Of a stretch of 64,000 nt of DNA, positions 30,361 through 39,630 are shown one piece after another. Within the stretch, counting starts at the first letter, position 1. Every line of letters begins with the position of its first letter. A program made the translations under genes and the position numbers. The notes beneath the pieces were generated by a model, which made no database searches, had not been told where the DNA came from, and saw only the letters and a program-made list of their open reading frames with translations. The stretch is from Nitrosopumilus sp. (lineage in GTDB: Archaea > Thermoproteota > Nitrososphaeria > Nitrososphaerales > Nitrosopumilaceae): positions 4,319-68,318 of the forward strand of contig JAANXA010000014.1 of NCBI GenBank assembly GCA_018263505.1, in the 5' to 3' direction.

Positions 30361-31710
30361 ATGTTTGATAAACTTCGTAATGCATTTTCAAATGCAGCGA
30401 AAAGTCTTGGTGAAAAAGAACTAAATGAAAAAGATATTGAAGAGATTCTTTTTGAATTAGAAATCTCATTGTTAGAGTCTGATGTTGCAACTGAAGTAAT
30501 TGATGGAATTAAAGATGATCTAAAAGAAAAATTAATCGGTTCAAAAGTTGATAAAAAAGAAATTGAAAAATTTGTGAAAGATAGTTTGATTTCTAGTATT
30601 TCTTCATTATTTGATGAGGCTGGAACTTATGATTTATTTGAAAAAATTAATGAGAAAAAACAACAAGGACAACCTTTTCTAATTTTATTTGTAGGCATTA
30701 ATGGAACTGGTAAAACAACTTCTTTAGCTAAAATGGCACATATGTTACAACAACAAAAATATTCTATTGTAATTGCTGCTGCAGATACTTTTAGAGCTGG
30801 TGCAATTGAACAATTACGTGAACATACTAATCGACTCAATCTGAAATTAGTTGCTCAAAATTATAATTCTGATCCAGCTGCTGTTGCAAGAGATGCAGTA
30901 TTGTATGCAAAATCTCACAAAACTGATTGTGTATTAATTGATACTGCAGGCCGAATGCAAACAAGTGAAAATTTAATGCAACAAATTGCAAAAATCACTA
31001 AAGTCGTAAACCCTGACATGAAAATCTTTGTAGGTGATTCTTTAGCTGGAAATGATACAGTAAATCAAGCCCGAGAATTTTTTGAACATGTAAAATTTGA
31101 TGCTTCTATTTTAACAAAAAGCGATGCTGATGCCCGAGGTGGTGCTGCATTATCTATTGTAAAAGTTACATCCACTCCTGTATTGTTTGTAGGAGTTGGA
31201 CAAGAATATCCTGATCTTAAACCATTTGATAAGACTTCTTTTCTTGAAACTGTCTTTGGTTCTTTGGATAATGTTACATTGAAAAATGAACCAACACCAG
31301 AACCTGAACCAACACCAGAACCTGAACCAACACCAGAACCTGAACCAACACCAGAACCTGAACCAACACCAGAACCTGAACCAACACCAGAACCTGAACC
31401 AACACCAGAACCTGAACCAACACCAGAACCAACACCCGAAACCCATTCAGATGATCCTTTCGAAGGAATCAAGGATGATGATATTGTCACTTATTCTGAA
31501 TTGTTTAATGTACCTCCACCAGAAAATGATAACGATGCATTTAATCTGGGTAAAAAAATTCATGAATGGATAAAAAATGGAAAATTAAAACCTGGTGAAA
31601 CAAAAAATGATGAAGAGAAGAATGATCTTGAAGAATCAGATATCCACAAACATGATAAAGAAGAAAAACCTAAAAAGAAACGAGGCAGATTTGGGTTCTT
31701 AAGACGATGA
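30361..31710 (+). CDS. ftsY: signal recognition particle receptor FtsY, with an atypical ~150-aa C-terminal extension
   Basis: The NG domain starts at residue 1. G1 GINGTGKTTS, G3 DTAGR, G4 TKSDADARGG. Then (EPTPEP)x8 and an acidic-to-basic tail ending KKKRGRFGFLRR. Confidence 0.93.
   Translation: MFDKLRNAFSNAAKSLGEKELNEKDIEEILFELEISLLESDVATEVIDGIKDDLKEKLIGSKVDKKEIEKFVKDSLISSISSLFDEAGTYDLFEKINEKKQQGQPFLILFVGINGTGKTTSLAKMAHMLQQQKYSIVIAAADTFRAGAIEQLREHTNRLNLKLVAQNYNSDPAAVARDAVLYAKSHKTDCVLIDTAGRMQTSENLMQQIAKITKVVNPDMKIFVGDSLAGNDTVNQAREFFEHVKFDASILTKSDADARGGAALSIVKVTSTPVLFVGVGQEYPDLKPFDKTSFLETVFGSLDNVTLKNEPTPEPEPTPEPEPTPEPEPTPEPEPTPEPEPTPEPEPTPEPEPTPEPTPETHSDDPFEGIKDDDIVTYSELFNVPPPENDNDAFNLGKKIHEWIKNGKLKPGETKNDEEKNDLEESDIHKHDKEEKPKKKRGRFGFLRR
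31288..31446 (+). repeat. in-frame 18-nt tandem repeat (gaaccaacaccagaacct), about 8.8 copies, encoding (EPTPEP)n within ftsY
   Basis: Seven identical units from 31288, an eighth with one synonymous change, then a truncated degenerate unit. Confidence 0.95.
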
Positions 31711-32621
31711 AACTTAAAACAAAAAATTTACTCACTTTAGCAGAATTAAATCCAAAAGAATTTTTAGGATTGATCAATGATTCAATCAAATTAAAAAAAG
31801 AATTCAAAAAGAAAGGTAACAGGCCTATTTTAAAAAATAAAACACTTACTATGATTTTTCAAAAACCATCAACTAGAACTCGTGTAAGTTTTGAAACTGG
31901 GATGTTTCAATTGGGTGGTCATGCAATAAATTTGTCATCTAATGATACACAATTATCTCGTGGTGAATCTGCTGAAGATACTGCAAAAACTCTTTCACGA
32001 TATACTGATTGTATTATGGCCCGTGTCTATGAACATGATTTGTTAGAAAAATTATCTAAACATTCTACTGTCCCCATAATTAATGGACTTTCGGATACTT
32101 TTCATCCTTGTCAAATCTTGGCAGATTTTATGACGATAAAAGAAAAAAAGAAAAAATTCAAGGGATTAAAAATTGCATGGATAGGTGATGGAAACAATGT
32201 TTGTAATTCTATGATGTATGGTGCTTCATTATCTGAAGTTTCAATGTCTATTGCAACTCCAAAAGGGTTTGAACCCGACAAAAATGTTCTAAAAGAATCA
32301 AAAAAATTAACTGATATTGAATTGACTACGGATCCTTTTATTGCAACACAAAATGCTGATGTTGTAGTTTCGGATACTTTTTCATCAATACATAATCGTG
32401 ATCCAAAACGAATGAAAAAATTCCTTCCAAAATATCAGGTAAATTCTAAATTAATGAAAAATGCAAAAAAAGATGCGATCTTTATGCATTGTCTTCCTGC
32501 AAAACGAAATCAAGAAGTAACATCATCTGTAATTGATGGAATACAATCTGTAGTTTGGGATGAAGCAGAAAATCGTCTTCATACTCAGAAAGCTTTACTT
32601 GTTGCACTGATTCACGCTTAA
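31707..32621 (+). CDS. argF: ornithine carbamoyltransferase
   Basis: STRTRVSFE, FHPCQILADF and HCLPA motifs (OTCase-type rather than ATCase-type). Confidence 0.82.
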   Translation: MKLKTKNLLTLAELNPKEFLGLINDSIKLKKEFKKKGNRPILKNKTLTMIFQKPSTRTRVSFETGMFQLGGHAINLSSNDTQLSRGESAEDTAKTLSRYTDCIMARVYEHDLLEKLSKHSTVPIINGLSDTFHPCQILADFMTIKEKKKKFKGLKIAWIGDGNNVCNSMMYGASLSEVSMSIATPKGFEPDKNVLKESKKLTDIELTTDPFIATQNADVVVSDTFSSIHNRDPKRMKKFLPKYQVNSKLMKNAKKDAIFMHCLPAKRNQEVTSSVIDGIQSVVWDEAENRLHTQKALLVALIHA

Positions 32622-32657
32622 CGTATATAAGAGCAGATTCTAACTCGATTTCTATAG

Positions 32658-33140
32658 ATGGCCTATTCCAAAATATTGCGTAGACTTAGAGAAGAAAAGA
32701 CCAATTATCGTAAACGAGGAACAATGTTGATGGGAAAACGCGATTTTATTACTGTAAATATTTCTAATCAAAATACACAAGTACAGATTTTGTCTCCTGG
32801 AATGACTGGAGATAAGGTTGTTTCATCTGCACATTCTAGATACTTACTCGAAAAAGGTTGGAAAGGTTCTAGGAAGAGTGTTTCTGCAGCATATTTGACA
32901 GGTTATTTGGCAGGGAAGAAAGCTCTTGGTAAAGGTGCAAAAGATGCAATTCTTTACACTGGAACAAAAAGATACACTCAAAGAATGGCCGCAGCTCTTA
33001 AAGGAGTTATTGATGCTGGTTTGGAAGTTCCTGCCAATGAAGAAACATTCCCTTCTGAAGACCGAATTAACGGAGAACATCTTACCGTAAAAAATGACAT
33101 TTCTAAAATGAAATCTACAATTGATGGAGAGATAAAGTAA
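32658..33140 (+). CDS. rpl18: 50S ribosomal protein L18 (uL18)
   Basis: L18/L5e-like sequence heading the L18-S5-L30-L15-secY cluster. Confidence 0.9.
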   Translation: MAYSKILRRLREEKTNYRKRGTMLMGKRDFITVNISNQNTQVQILSPGMTGDKVVSSAHSRYLLEKGWKGSRKSVSAAYLTGYLAGKKALGKGAKDAILYTGTKRYTQRMAAALKGVIDAGLEVPANEETFPSEDRINGEHLTVKNDISKMKSTIDGEIK

Positions 33141-33141
33141 A

Positions 33142-33873
33142 TTGAGTCAAGAAGCACAAACAAAAAAACCGCAAGGACAGTCAGGCGGTCCTAGAGGTAG
33201 AGGTGCACCAGTTTATGGTCGTGGTCCACCTGGAAATAAATCTGATAGTGATAAACCAAGACGTCCAAGAAGAGAACCTGTTGAAGAAGTTTGGGTTCCA
33301 AAAACAATTTTAGGTAAAAAAGTTGAATCAGGAGAAATCTCTTCACTTGAAGAAATCCTTGAATCTGGGTTAAGGATTCAGGAATCTGGAATTATCAAAA
33401 AATTACTTCCGGATTTGACAAGTGAAGTAGTAGATGTTGGTATGATTCAAAAAATGACTTCTAATGGTCAATCTACTAGATTCAAAGCAATTGTTGCTGC
33501 AGGAAATCAAAATGGTTATCTTGGAATTGGTATGGGCAAATCAAAACAAATGCGAATTGCAATTGAAAAAGCAACTAGTCAAGCTTTTCTAAATGTAAAT
33601 CCAATCAAGTTAGGATGTGGTAGTTGGGAATGTAGATGTGATCAAAAACATTCTGTTCCATTCAAAGTTAGAGGTAAGGGTGGAAGTGTAACAATTGAAA
33701 TTATTCCTGCACCTCGTGGATTAGGTTTGGTTGCAGGTGGTAAAATTAAACGATTATTAGAATTGGCAGGTCTCAAAGATGCCTGGACTACTGCAAAAGG
33801 TTCTACTCCTACCATGAGTTCAACATCAAAAGCTATTTTGGATTGTCTTAGACAGACATTCAGTCAAGGATGA
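33142..33873 (+). CDS. rps5: 30S ribosomal protein S5 (uS5)
   Basis: Basic/Gly-rich N-terminus, then ...GQSTRFKAIVAAGNQNGYLGIGMGKS... (S5 dsRBD and C-terminal domain). Apparent TTG start. Confidence 0.93.
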   Translation: MSQEAQTKKPQGQSGGPRGRGAPVYGRGPPGNKSDSDKPRRPRREPVEEVWVPKTILGKKVESGEISSLEEILESGLRIQESGIIKKLLPDLTSEVVDVGMIQKMTSNGQSTRFKAIVAAGNQNGYLGIGMGKSKQMRIAIEKATSQAFLNVNPIKLGCGSWECRCDQKHSVPFKVRGKGGSVTIEIIPAPRGLGLVAGGKIKRLLELAGLKDAWTTAKGSTPTMSSTSKAILDCLRQTFSQG

Positions 33874-34346
33874 TAAAAATGGCAAATGCAGTCCTCGTTG
33901 TTAGAATTAAAGGTCAAGCAGACTGTCCATATTGGGCAACTCATACTATGGAACTTTTAAAATTAGATAAAAAATACCGTGCAACTATTCTCCCATCAAA
34001 AGATAATTTGTTGGGAATGCTAAAAAAAGTACAACATTATGTATCTTGGGTAGATCTTGATGTGGATTTGGCAAAAGAATTGATTGATAAAAAAGCACGA
34101 AAATCTGGATATCAAAAGATTAATGATGATGATCTTAAAAAACTAGGATTTGCTAACTCTGAAGAATTGGCAACAGCTTTGAGTGAAGGAAAAACAATGT
34201 TATCAAAACTAAAACCTCTAAAACCTTGGTTTGCATTAGCACCACCAAGACATGGCTTTAAGAGAAGTACAAAGAAATTGTATGGACAAAAAGGTGTTTT
34301 GGGAAGAAACAAAGAACTTGGAACTATTGTAAGGAATATGATTTAA
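33870..34346 (+). CDS. rpl30: 50S ribosomal protein L30 (uL30)
   Basis: AVLVVRIKGQ... pattern. ATGA overlap with the S5 stop. Confidence 0.9.
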   Translation: MIKMANAVLVVRIKGQADCPYWATHTMELLKLDKKYRATILPSKDNLLGMLKKVQHYVSWVDLDVDLAKELIDKKARKSGYQKINDDDLKKLGFANSEELATALSEGKTMLSKLKPLKPWFALAPPRHGFKRSTKKLYGQKGVLGRNKELGTIVRNMI

Positions 34347-34347
34347 C

Positions 34348-34794
34348 ATGGCAACTCGATTAAGAAAAACTAGAAGACTTCGCGGTGGACGACATATGGG
34401 ATGGGGACAAGTAGGTCAACATCGTGCAAGTGGTCACAAGGGAGGTCTTGGAATTACTGGTATGCAAAAACATCACTACAGTACATTATTGAAAGAAGAT
34501 CCAGATCATTATGGTCATGATGCACCTAAAACCCCTCATCCAAATATAATAAAAAAATGGGCAAGTATTCGTGACTTAGATGATTTGTTTGCAACCTTTG
34601 GAAAAGAAGAAGGTGGAAAGAAAATTGTGGACCTTCAAAGTGCAGGTTATGATAAACTTCTTGGTGGCGGGAAGATAACTAATGCATATTCTGTCAAAAT
34701 ATCTCAATTCACAGCATCAGCTGAAGAAAAATTAAAAGCAGTTGGAGGAGAAATCGTTCAATCTGTAACAAAAGAAAATACTACTGAGGACTAG
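34348..34794 (+). CDS. rpl15: 50S ribosomal protein L15 (uL15)
   Basis: TRRLRGGRHMGWGQVGQHRASGHKGG N-terminus. Confidence 0.93.
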   Translation: MATRLRKTRRLRGGRHMGWGQVGQHRASGHKGGLGITGMQKHHYSTLLKEDPDHYGHDAPKTPHPNIIKKWASIRDLDDLFATFGKEEGGKKIVDLQSAGYDKLLGGGKITNAYSVKISQFTASAEEKLKAVGGEIVQSVTKENTTED

Positions 34795-34807
34795 GTGTTA
34801 ACTGATC

Positions 34808-36238
34808 ATGGCTGAGGGCACAATTACTTCAATTATTCGAAAAGTAGTTTTCAAAGCAGAACCTTACCTTCCACAAGTCCCTAAACCTAAAAAGAAAATT
34901 CCTCTTCCAACTAGATTGCTATGGTGTGGAGTTGCATTACTCATTTACATGGTTATGGGACAAACCCCGTTATTTGGAGCAACAGCTCCTCAATTTGATT
35001 TCCTAGCTTTTGCTAGAGTTATTTTTGCATCCCAACAAGGTACCCTTGTTGAATTAGGAATTGGACCTATTGTAACTGCAGGATTATTAATGCAATTGCT
35101 TAGAGGTTCAGATATTTTGAAATTTGACTTTAAGAAGCCTGAAGAACGAGGAATTTTTCAGACTGCAACAAAACTAGTTACTTACATTGTAATTGTAGCT
35201 GAATCTATTGTATATGCAGCAGCAGTTTATGGTCCTGGAGTTTCCGAACCATACTTTTTGTATGTGATGATAGGCCAACTCATGGCCGCATCTATCATGA
35301 TCATGTTCTTAGATGAATTAATTCAGAAAGGTTGGGGTCTTGGTAGTGGAATTAGTTTGTTCATTATGGCCGGTGTTGCTCAACAAATTCTCTGGAGTAT
35401 GTTCAGTCCATTACCTGCTGGTGATGGTGGAACTATTGGAATTATACCCTATATTGCACAATCTATAGCTGGTGGAGATGTATCTAATATATTATTCCGT
35501 TCAAATCAACTCCCTAGTATCTTTGGATTGAGTTTAACTGCTGGAGTCTTGTTGATTCTTGTATTTGTTCAGGGAATGAAAGTTGAAATTCCAATTGTAT
35601 CTACAAAATATAGAGGATTTTCAGCAGTTTATCCTATCAAATTGATGTATGTATCTAATATCCCTGTAATTTTGGCATCTGCTCTTACTGCGAATGCTGT
35701 TTTCATGTTCCAGATGTTATGGGCAAACATGAATCCACGTAACAATAATTTCTTTATGAATTTTATAGCACAATTTGATCCTACCAGTCCATCTACCCCG
35801 ATTGGAGGTTTAATTTACTATATCACTCCTCCAAGAGGACTTGATGTTGCAGCATTGGATCCTGGACGTGCTGTGGGGTATGTTTTGTTTATGATTGGAA
35901 TTGTAGTTGTATTTGGTAGATTGTGGGTTGAACTTGGAGGTTTGTCGCCAAAAAGTGCTGCTCAGAATTTGCTTGATGCAGATGTACAAATCCCTGGGTT
36001 TAGAAGATCAAACAAACCAGTTGAAGCATTACTAAACAAGTACATTCCATCAGTCACTATTATTGGATCTATGATTTTGGGTCTATTGGCCGGTGTTTCT
36101 GATGTTTTAGGTGTATTTGGTTCCGGAATTGGAATTTTACTTATGGTAGATATTCTCATCAACTATTATACACAATTAGTTAGAGAACAAGTAGAAGTTG
36201 TAATGCCGCGATTGGGTGCTTTACTTGGAAGAAAATAA
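34808..36238 (+). CDS. secY: preprotein translocase subunit SecY
   Basis: 476 aa, ten TM segments, GIGPIVTAGLLMQLL motif. Confidence 0.95.
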   Translation: MAEGTITSIIRKVVFKAEPYLPQVPKPKKKIPLPTRLLWCGVALLIYMVMGQTPLFGATAPQFDFLAFARVIFASQQGTLVELGIGPIVTAGLLMQLLRGSDILKFDFKKPEERGIFQTATKLVTYIVIVAESIVYAAAVYGPGVSEPYFLYVMIGQLMAASIMIMFLDELIQKGWGLGSGISLFIMAGVAQQILWSMFSPLPAGDGGTIGIIPYIAQSIAGGDVSNILFRSNQLPSIFGLSLTAGVLLILVFVQGMKVEIPIVSTKYRGFSAVYPIKLMYVSNIPVILASALTANAVFMFQMLWANMNPRNNNFFMNFIAQFDPTSPSTPIGGLIYYITPPRGLDVAALDPGRAVGYVLFMIGIVVVFGRLWVELGGLSPKSAAQNLLDADVQIPGFRRSNKPVEALLNKYIPSVTIIGSMILGLLAGVSDVLGVFGSGIGILLMVDILINYYTQLVREQVEVVMPRLGALLGRK

Positions 36239-36803
36239 GAAAATCATATTGGTAGGAATACCTGGTGTTGGTAAAACTAGTCTGTTGTCTCAAGTGGTTG
36301 AGTCTCTAAAAGAAAAAAATAAAGTTGTCAGTGTTGTCAATTATGGAACTTTGATGTTTGATGTTGCAAAAGAAAATGGATTGAAGGATAGAGATAATTT
36401 ACGAAAATTACCTGTTGTGGAACAACAAAAACTTCAAAAAATTGCAGCTGAAAAAATTGCTGCTCATGATGAAGAAATCACAATAATTGATACTCATGCA
36501 TTTATCAGTTCTCCTGAGGGGTATTATCCTGGATTACCTGAACATGTTTTAAAAATTATTCAACCATCTAATTTTGTTTCAGTAGCTGCAAAACCTGAAG
36601 AAATCTATAACAGACGAATGAAGGATGAATCACGAGATAGAGACAAAATTACATTAATCAATATCAAAAAAGAGTTAGAATATCAAACTGGAATGATCTC
36701 TGCATGTGCTGTAATAACAGGTGTTCCTGTCAGACACATTCTTAATGGAGAGGGAAAGATTGATGAAGCAGCAAATAAGATAATTAATGCAATAGGACTG
36801 TGA
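36216..36803 (+). CDS. adkA: archaeal-type adenylate kinase
   Basis: P-loop VGIPGVGKTS. Conserved secY-adk position. Exact start uncertain (GTG at 36216 overlaps the secY end). Confidence 0.85.
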   Translation: MLYLEENKKIILVGIPGVGKTSLLSQVVESLKEKNKVVSVVNYGTLMFDVAKENGLKDRDNLRKLPVVEQQKLQKIAAEKIAAHDEEITIIDTHAFISSPEGYYPGLPEHVLKIIQPSNFVSVAAKPEEIYNRRMKDESRDRDKITLINIKKELEYQTGMISACAVITGVPVRHILNGEGKIDEAANKIINAIGL

Positions 36804-36806
36804 AAA

Positions 36807-37436
36807 ATGGATTTTAACTTTATACTACTCTTTATTGATTCGGCCTTCTTACAACTTCCCGACTTTCTTGGAGGTGATGGAAGAATGGCTTTGGGTAGTG
36901 ATGATCCAATAATCAAAGGATTAATCATCTCTATGTTTGCAGTGACTGGGTTTGGTGTTTTACTAAATATCTTCAATTCTGCAGTTAGGAAAAAAATGGT
37001 TGATCAAACAAAACTAAAAAGAATAATGAAAGAAACCCGTGGTTGGCAAAAAGAAAGAATGGCTGCAATGAGAGCTAAAGACACTGCAAAGACTGCTGAA
37101 TTAAACAAAAAATCATCTTACATGAACAAAATGTCAATGGAAATGATGCAGATGAATATGAGACCTATGATGATCACCTTTGTTCCATTGATTTTGATAT
37201 TTTATCTTGTGTTGCCACAACTGTTTACATACACTGTAGCTATTTCCCCAATACCTCTAAATGTAATTCCTGGTGAGATGTTCCAATTAACATGTACTGC
37301 AGCACAAGCTGCAGATTCAGAACATGTGTGTACTGAAGAAAATGCATTATTCCTTTGGGCTTGGTATTTTCTTTCATCTATTGCATTTAGTGGAATTATA
37401 ATGAGACTAACTAAAACCTCAATGGATCTCAGTTGA
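36807..37436 (+). CDS. DUF106 / EMC3-TMCO1-like membrane protein (archaeal YidC/Oxa1-superfamily candidate)
   Basis: TM, then coiled-coil (KLKRIMKETRGWQKERMAAMRAKD), then an M-rich segment and further TMs. Conserved position between adk and cmk. The start may instead be the internal ATG at 36885. Confidence 0.7.
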   Translation: MDFNFILLFIDSAFLQLPDFLGGDGRMALGSDDPIIKGLIISMFAVTGFGVLLNIFNSAVRKKMVDQTKLKRIMKETRGWQKERMAAMRAKDTAKTAELNKKSSYMNKMSMEMMQMNMRPMMITFVPLILIFYLVLPQLFTYTVAISPIPLNVIPGEMFQLTCTAAQAADSEHVCTEENALFLWAWYFLSSIAFSGIIMRLTKTSMDLS

Positions 37437-37993
37437 CAAAATCTATTGTTATTTCTGGACCTCCAGCTGTGGGAAAAACAACTGTTGCAAAAGGATTAGC
37501 TGAAGAATTTGAATTAAAATATCTTAGCGGCGGTGATGTTCTAAAAGAAATGGCAAAAGATCATGGTTTTGATTCTCAAGGTGATGATTGGTGGGATACT
37601 CAAGATGGCATGAAATTTCTTAACCAGCGTGAAGAAAATTCTGAATTTGACAAAAAATTAGATAAAAAATTAATTGAATTATTCAATGAAGGCAAAATGG
37701 TAATCACTAGTTATACATTACCTTGGTTGATTAAAGATGGAATAAAAATTTGGTTGGAAGGCTCCCGTGAAAGTAGTACCAAAAGAATGCAATCTCGAGA
37801 TAATATGAGTTCAGAAGATGCCTTTGCAATTACAAAACAACGATTTGATAAGAATAAGGCATTATACAAAAAATTATATGATTTTGATTTTGGTGATGAT
37901 AAATCTGTCTTTGATGTGATAATTAACACTGATAATCTTACTGCAAAACAAGTAATTGATGTTGCAAAAGAGACTGTGAGAAAATTATTATGA
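37433..37993 (+). CDS. cmk: archaeal cytidylate kinase
   Basis: P-loop ISGPPAVGKTT. Position after adk-DUF106. Apparent TTG start. Confidence 0.85.
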   Translation: MTKSIVISGPPAVGKTTVAKGLAEEFELKYLSGGDVLKEMAKDHGFDSQGDDWWDTQDGMKFLNQREENSEFDKKLDKKLIELFNEGKMVITSYTLPWLIKDGIKIWLEGSRESSTKRMQSRDNMSSEDAFAITKQRFDKNKALYKKLYDFDFGDDKSVFDVIINTDNLTAKQVIDVAKETVRKLL

Positions 37994-38991
37994 CTTTAAA
38001 ACAACTTGAAAATTTAATCGAAGTTGATCAGGATTTTACTGATGATGCATATGGAACTTATTATGATAAAAGAACTATTGAACAGTTACTTAATTATGGA
38101 ATTATACTTTTAGACAAACCTCCTGGCCCTACAAGTCATGAAACTGTGGCTTGGACAAAAAGAATTCTAAAATTGCCCAAAATCGGCCATAGTGGAACTC
38201 TAGATCCTCAGGTATCTGGAGTTTTACCTCTGGGATTAGGTGAAGCCACAAAAGCATTAGGCGTTTTACTTTTAGGTCCAAAAGAATACCATGCACTAGG
38301 ACGCGTACATTCACTTCCTTCAAAAGATAAACTCAAAGAAGTAATTGAAATGTTTCAGGGTGAAATCTTTCAAAAACCTCCACAACGTTCTGCAGTGGTT
38401 CGGCAAACAAGAACTAGGACTATTCATGAATTTGAAGTACTAGAACAAAAAGAAAGATTACTCTTAACTCGAGTTTTATGTGAATCTGGTACCTATATTA
38501 GAAAATTATACTACGATCTTGGTGAAATTCTTGGACCTGGTGCAACAATGATTGAACTTCGAAGAACTAGAGTTGATCAATTTCATGAAATTGATGGATT
38601 AGTCACTTTACATGAACTTGCAAATGCATTTGCATTATGGGAGGAAAATAAAGATGATAGTAAACTAATGAAGATGATAAAACCTGTTGAATATGCCTTT
38701 AGTGAATTAAAATCTGTTATAATTCGTGATTCTGCAGTTGATGCACTGTGTCATGGTGCCCAACTTGCAATTCCTGGAATTTTAAAAATATCTCCAAACC
38801 TAAAAAGTGGTGATATAGTTGGAGTTTATACTCAAAAGGGTGAAGCAGTTGCTTTAGCTGAATCCACCATGTCTGAAGAAGAAATTCGTGATGCAACAAA
38901 GGGATATGCTTTTGAAACTAAGAGAATTATAATGGCTCCAAACACATATCCTAAAAAATGGAGAACTAAACCCATCCCTCCTAAGGATTAA
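37990..38991 (+). CDS. cbf5: H/ACA RNP pseudouridine synthase Cbf5 (TruB family with PUA domain)
   Basis: Catalytic motif GHSGTLDPQVSGVLP. C-terminal PUA-like region. Confidence 0.9.
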   Translation: MTLKQLENLIEVDQDFTDDAYGTYYDKRTIEQLLNYGIILLDKPPGPTSHETVAWTKRILKLPKIGHSGTLDPQVSGVLPLGLGEATKALGVLLLGPKEYHALGRVHSLPSKDKLKEVIEMFQGEIFQKPPQRSAVVRQTRTRTIHEFEVLEQKERLLLTRVLCESGTYIRKLYYDLGEILGPGATMIELRRTRVDQFHEIDGLVTLHELANAFALWEENKDDSKLMKMIKPVEYAFSELKSVIIRDSAVDALCHGAQLAIPGILKISPNLKSGDIVGVYTQKGEAVALAESTMSEEEIRDATKGYAFETKRIIMAPNTYPKKWRTKPIPPKD

Positions 38992-39010
38992 TCGGAAATA
39001 ATTTTTAAAA

Positions 39011-39454
39011 TTGTTAGCAAAAAGTCTTGTAATTTTTACTGGTGTTGGATTAATTGCAGGACTCATTTTTGGAATTTATTTAATCGATATCAAAAATACA
39101 GGCCAACTTGTTTTTGTTGATGGAAATTCTATTTCCATTGTAACTGAAAAATCTGATTTTAAATTAGGTGAAGAAATTAAAATTAAAATTATAAATTCTG
39201 GAACCACATCCTTGATATTTTCTGATACTTCACATGTTCTTAGAATTACTGGTCTGTCTGGAATCTTAATGTATACTCCTGATCCTCATACACTTTCTAC
39301 ACTTGAACCTGGAGATGAAATCTCTTTTTCATGGGATCAAATTAAGAATGATGGTGATACTGCATTAGAAGGTCTTTACAAATTATCTACTAGTGCTATG
39401 GACTCATCTGGAAATGTTGTAGAAAAATCCATCACCATCACAATTTGGAAATAA
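39011..39454 (+). CDS. hypothetical N-terminally anchored protein with a beta-rich ectodomain
   Basis: TM helix at residues ~5-25, then a beta-strand-like pattern. No motif recognised. Confidence 0.5.
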   Translation: MLAKSLVIFTGVGLIAGLIFGIYLIDIKNTGQLVFVDGNSISIVTEKSDFKLGEEIKIKIINSGTTSLIFSDTSHVLRITGLSGILMYTPDPHTLSTLEPGDEISFSWDQIKNDGDTALEGLYKLSTSAMDSSGNVVEKSITITIWK

Positions 39455-39522
39455 TTTTTTTGATAACAAAATAACACAATATATAATCAGATTTTTCCAA
39501 TTACATTTGTCGCAAGACTTGT

Positions 39523-39621
39523 GCCGGGGTCGCCTAGCCTGGTAGGGCGCGCGCCTGGAAATAATTAAACCATAAAGCGCGTTCTCGTAAGGGAACGGGA
39601 GTTCAAATCTCCCTCCCGGCG
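39523..39621 (+). tRNA. tRNA-Ser(GGA) with a 15-nt intron at 37/38 and a long variable arm
   Basis: Hand fold: acceptor GCCGGGG/TCCCGGC, D arm GCCT-AGCCTGGTA-GGGC, anticodon stem CGCGC/GCGCG, loop CTGGAA[ATAATTAAACCATAA]A, variable arm TTCTC-GTAA-GGGAA, T arm GGGAG-TTCAAAT-CTCCC, discriminator G. Confidence 0.8.
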
Positions 39622-39623
39622 CC
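39613..39623 (+). repeat. attL core (ctcccggcgcc) overlapping the tRNA-Ser 3' end
   Basis: Exact match to 44989-44999. A GC-rich 11-mer in an AT-rich genome. Confidence 0.7.
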
Positions 39624-39630
39624 TTATAAT

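Noticed and set aside
31288-31446. Possible CRISPR-like array, because of the regularly repeated 18-mers
   Set aside because: The repeats are directly contiguous with no spacers, are in frame within a coding gene, and are too short. No cas genes are nearby.
31065-31573. Track ORFs 31065-31490 (-), 31150-31446 (-) and 31286-31573 (+), with striking GSGVGS, WCWFRF and NQHQNL repeats
   Set aside because: They are alternative-frame or antisense readings of the 18-nt tandem repeat inside ftsY. The FtsY frame is continuous with a bona fide NG domain.
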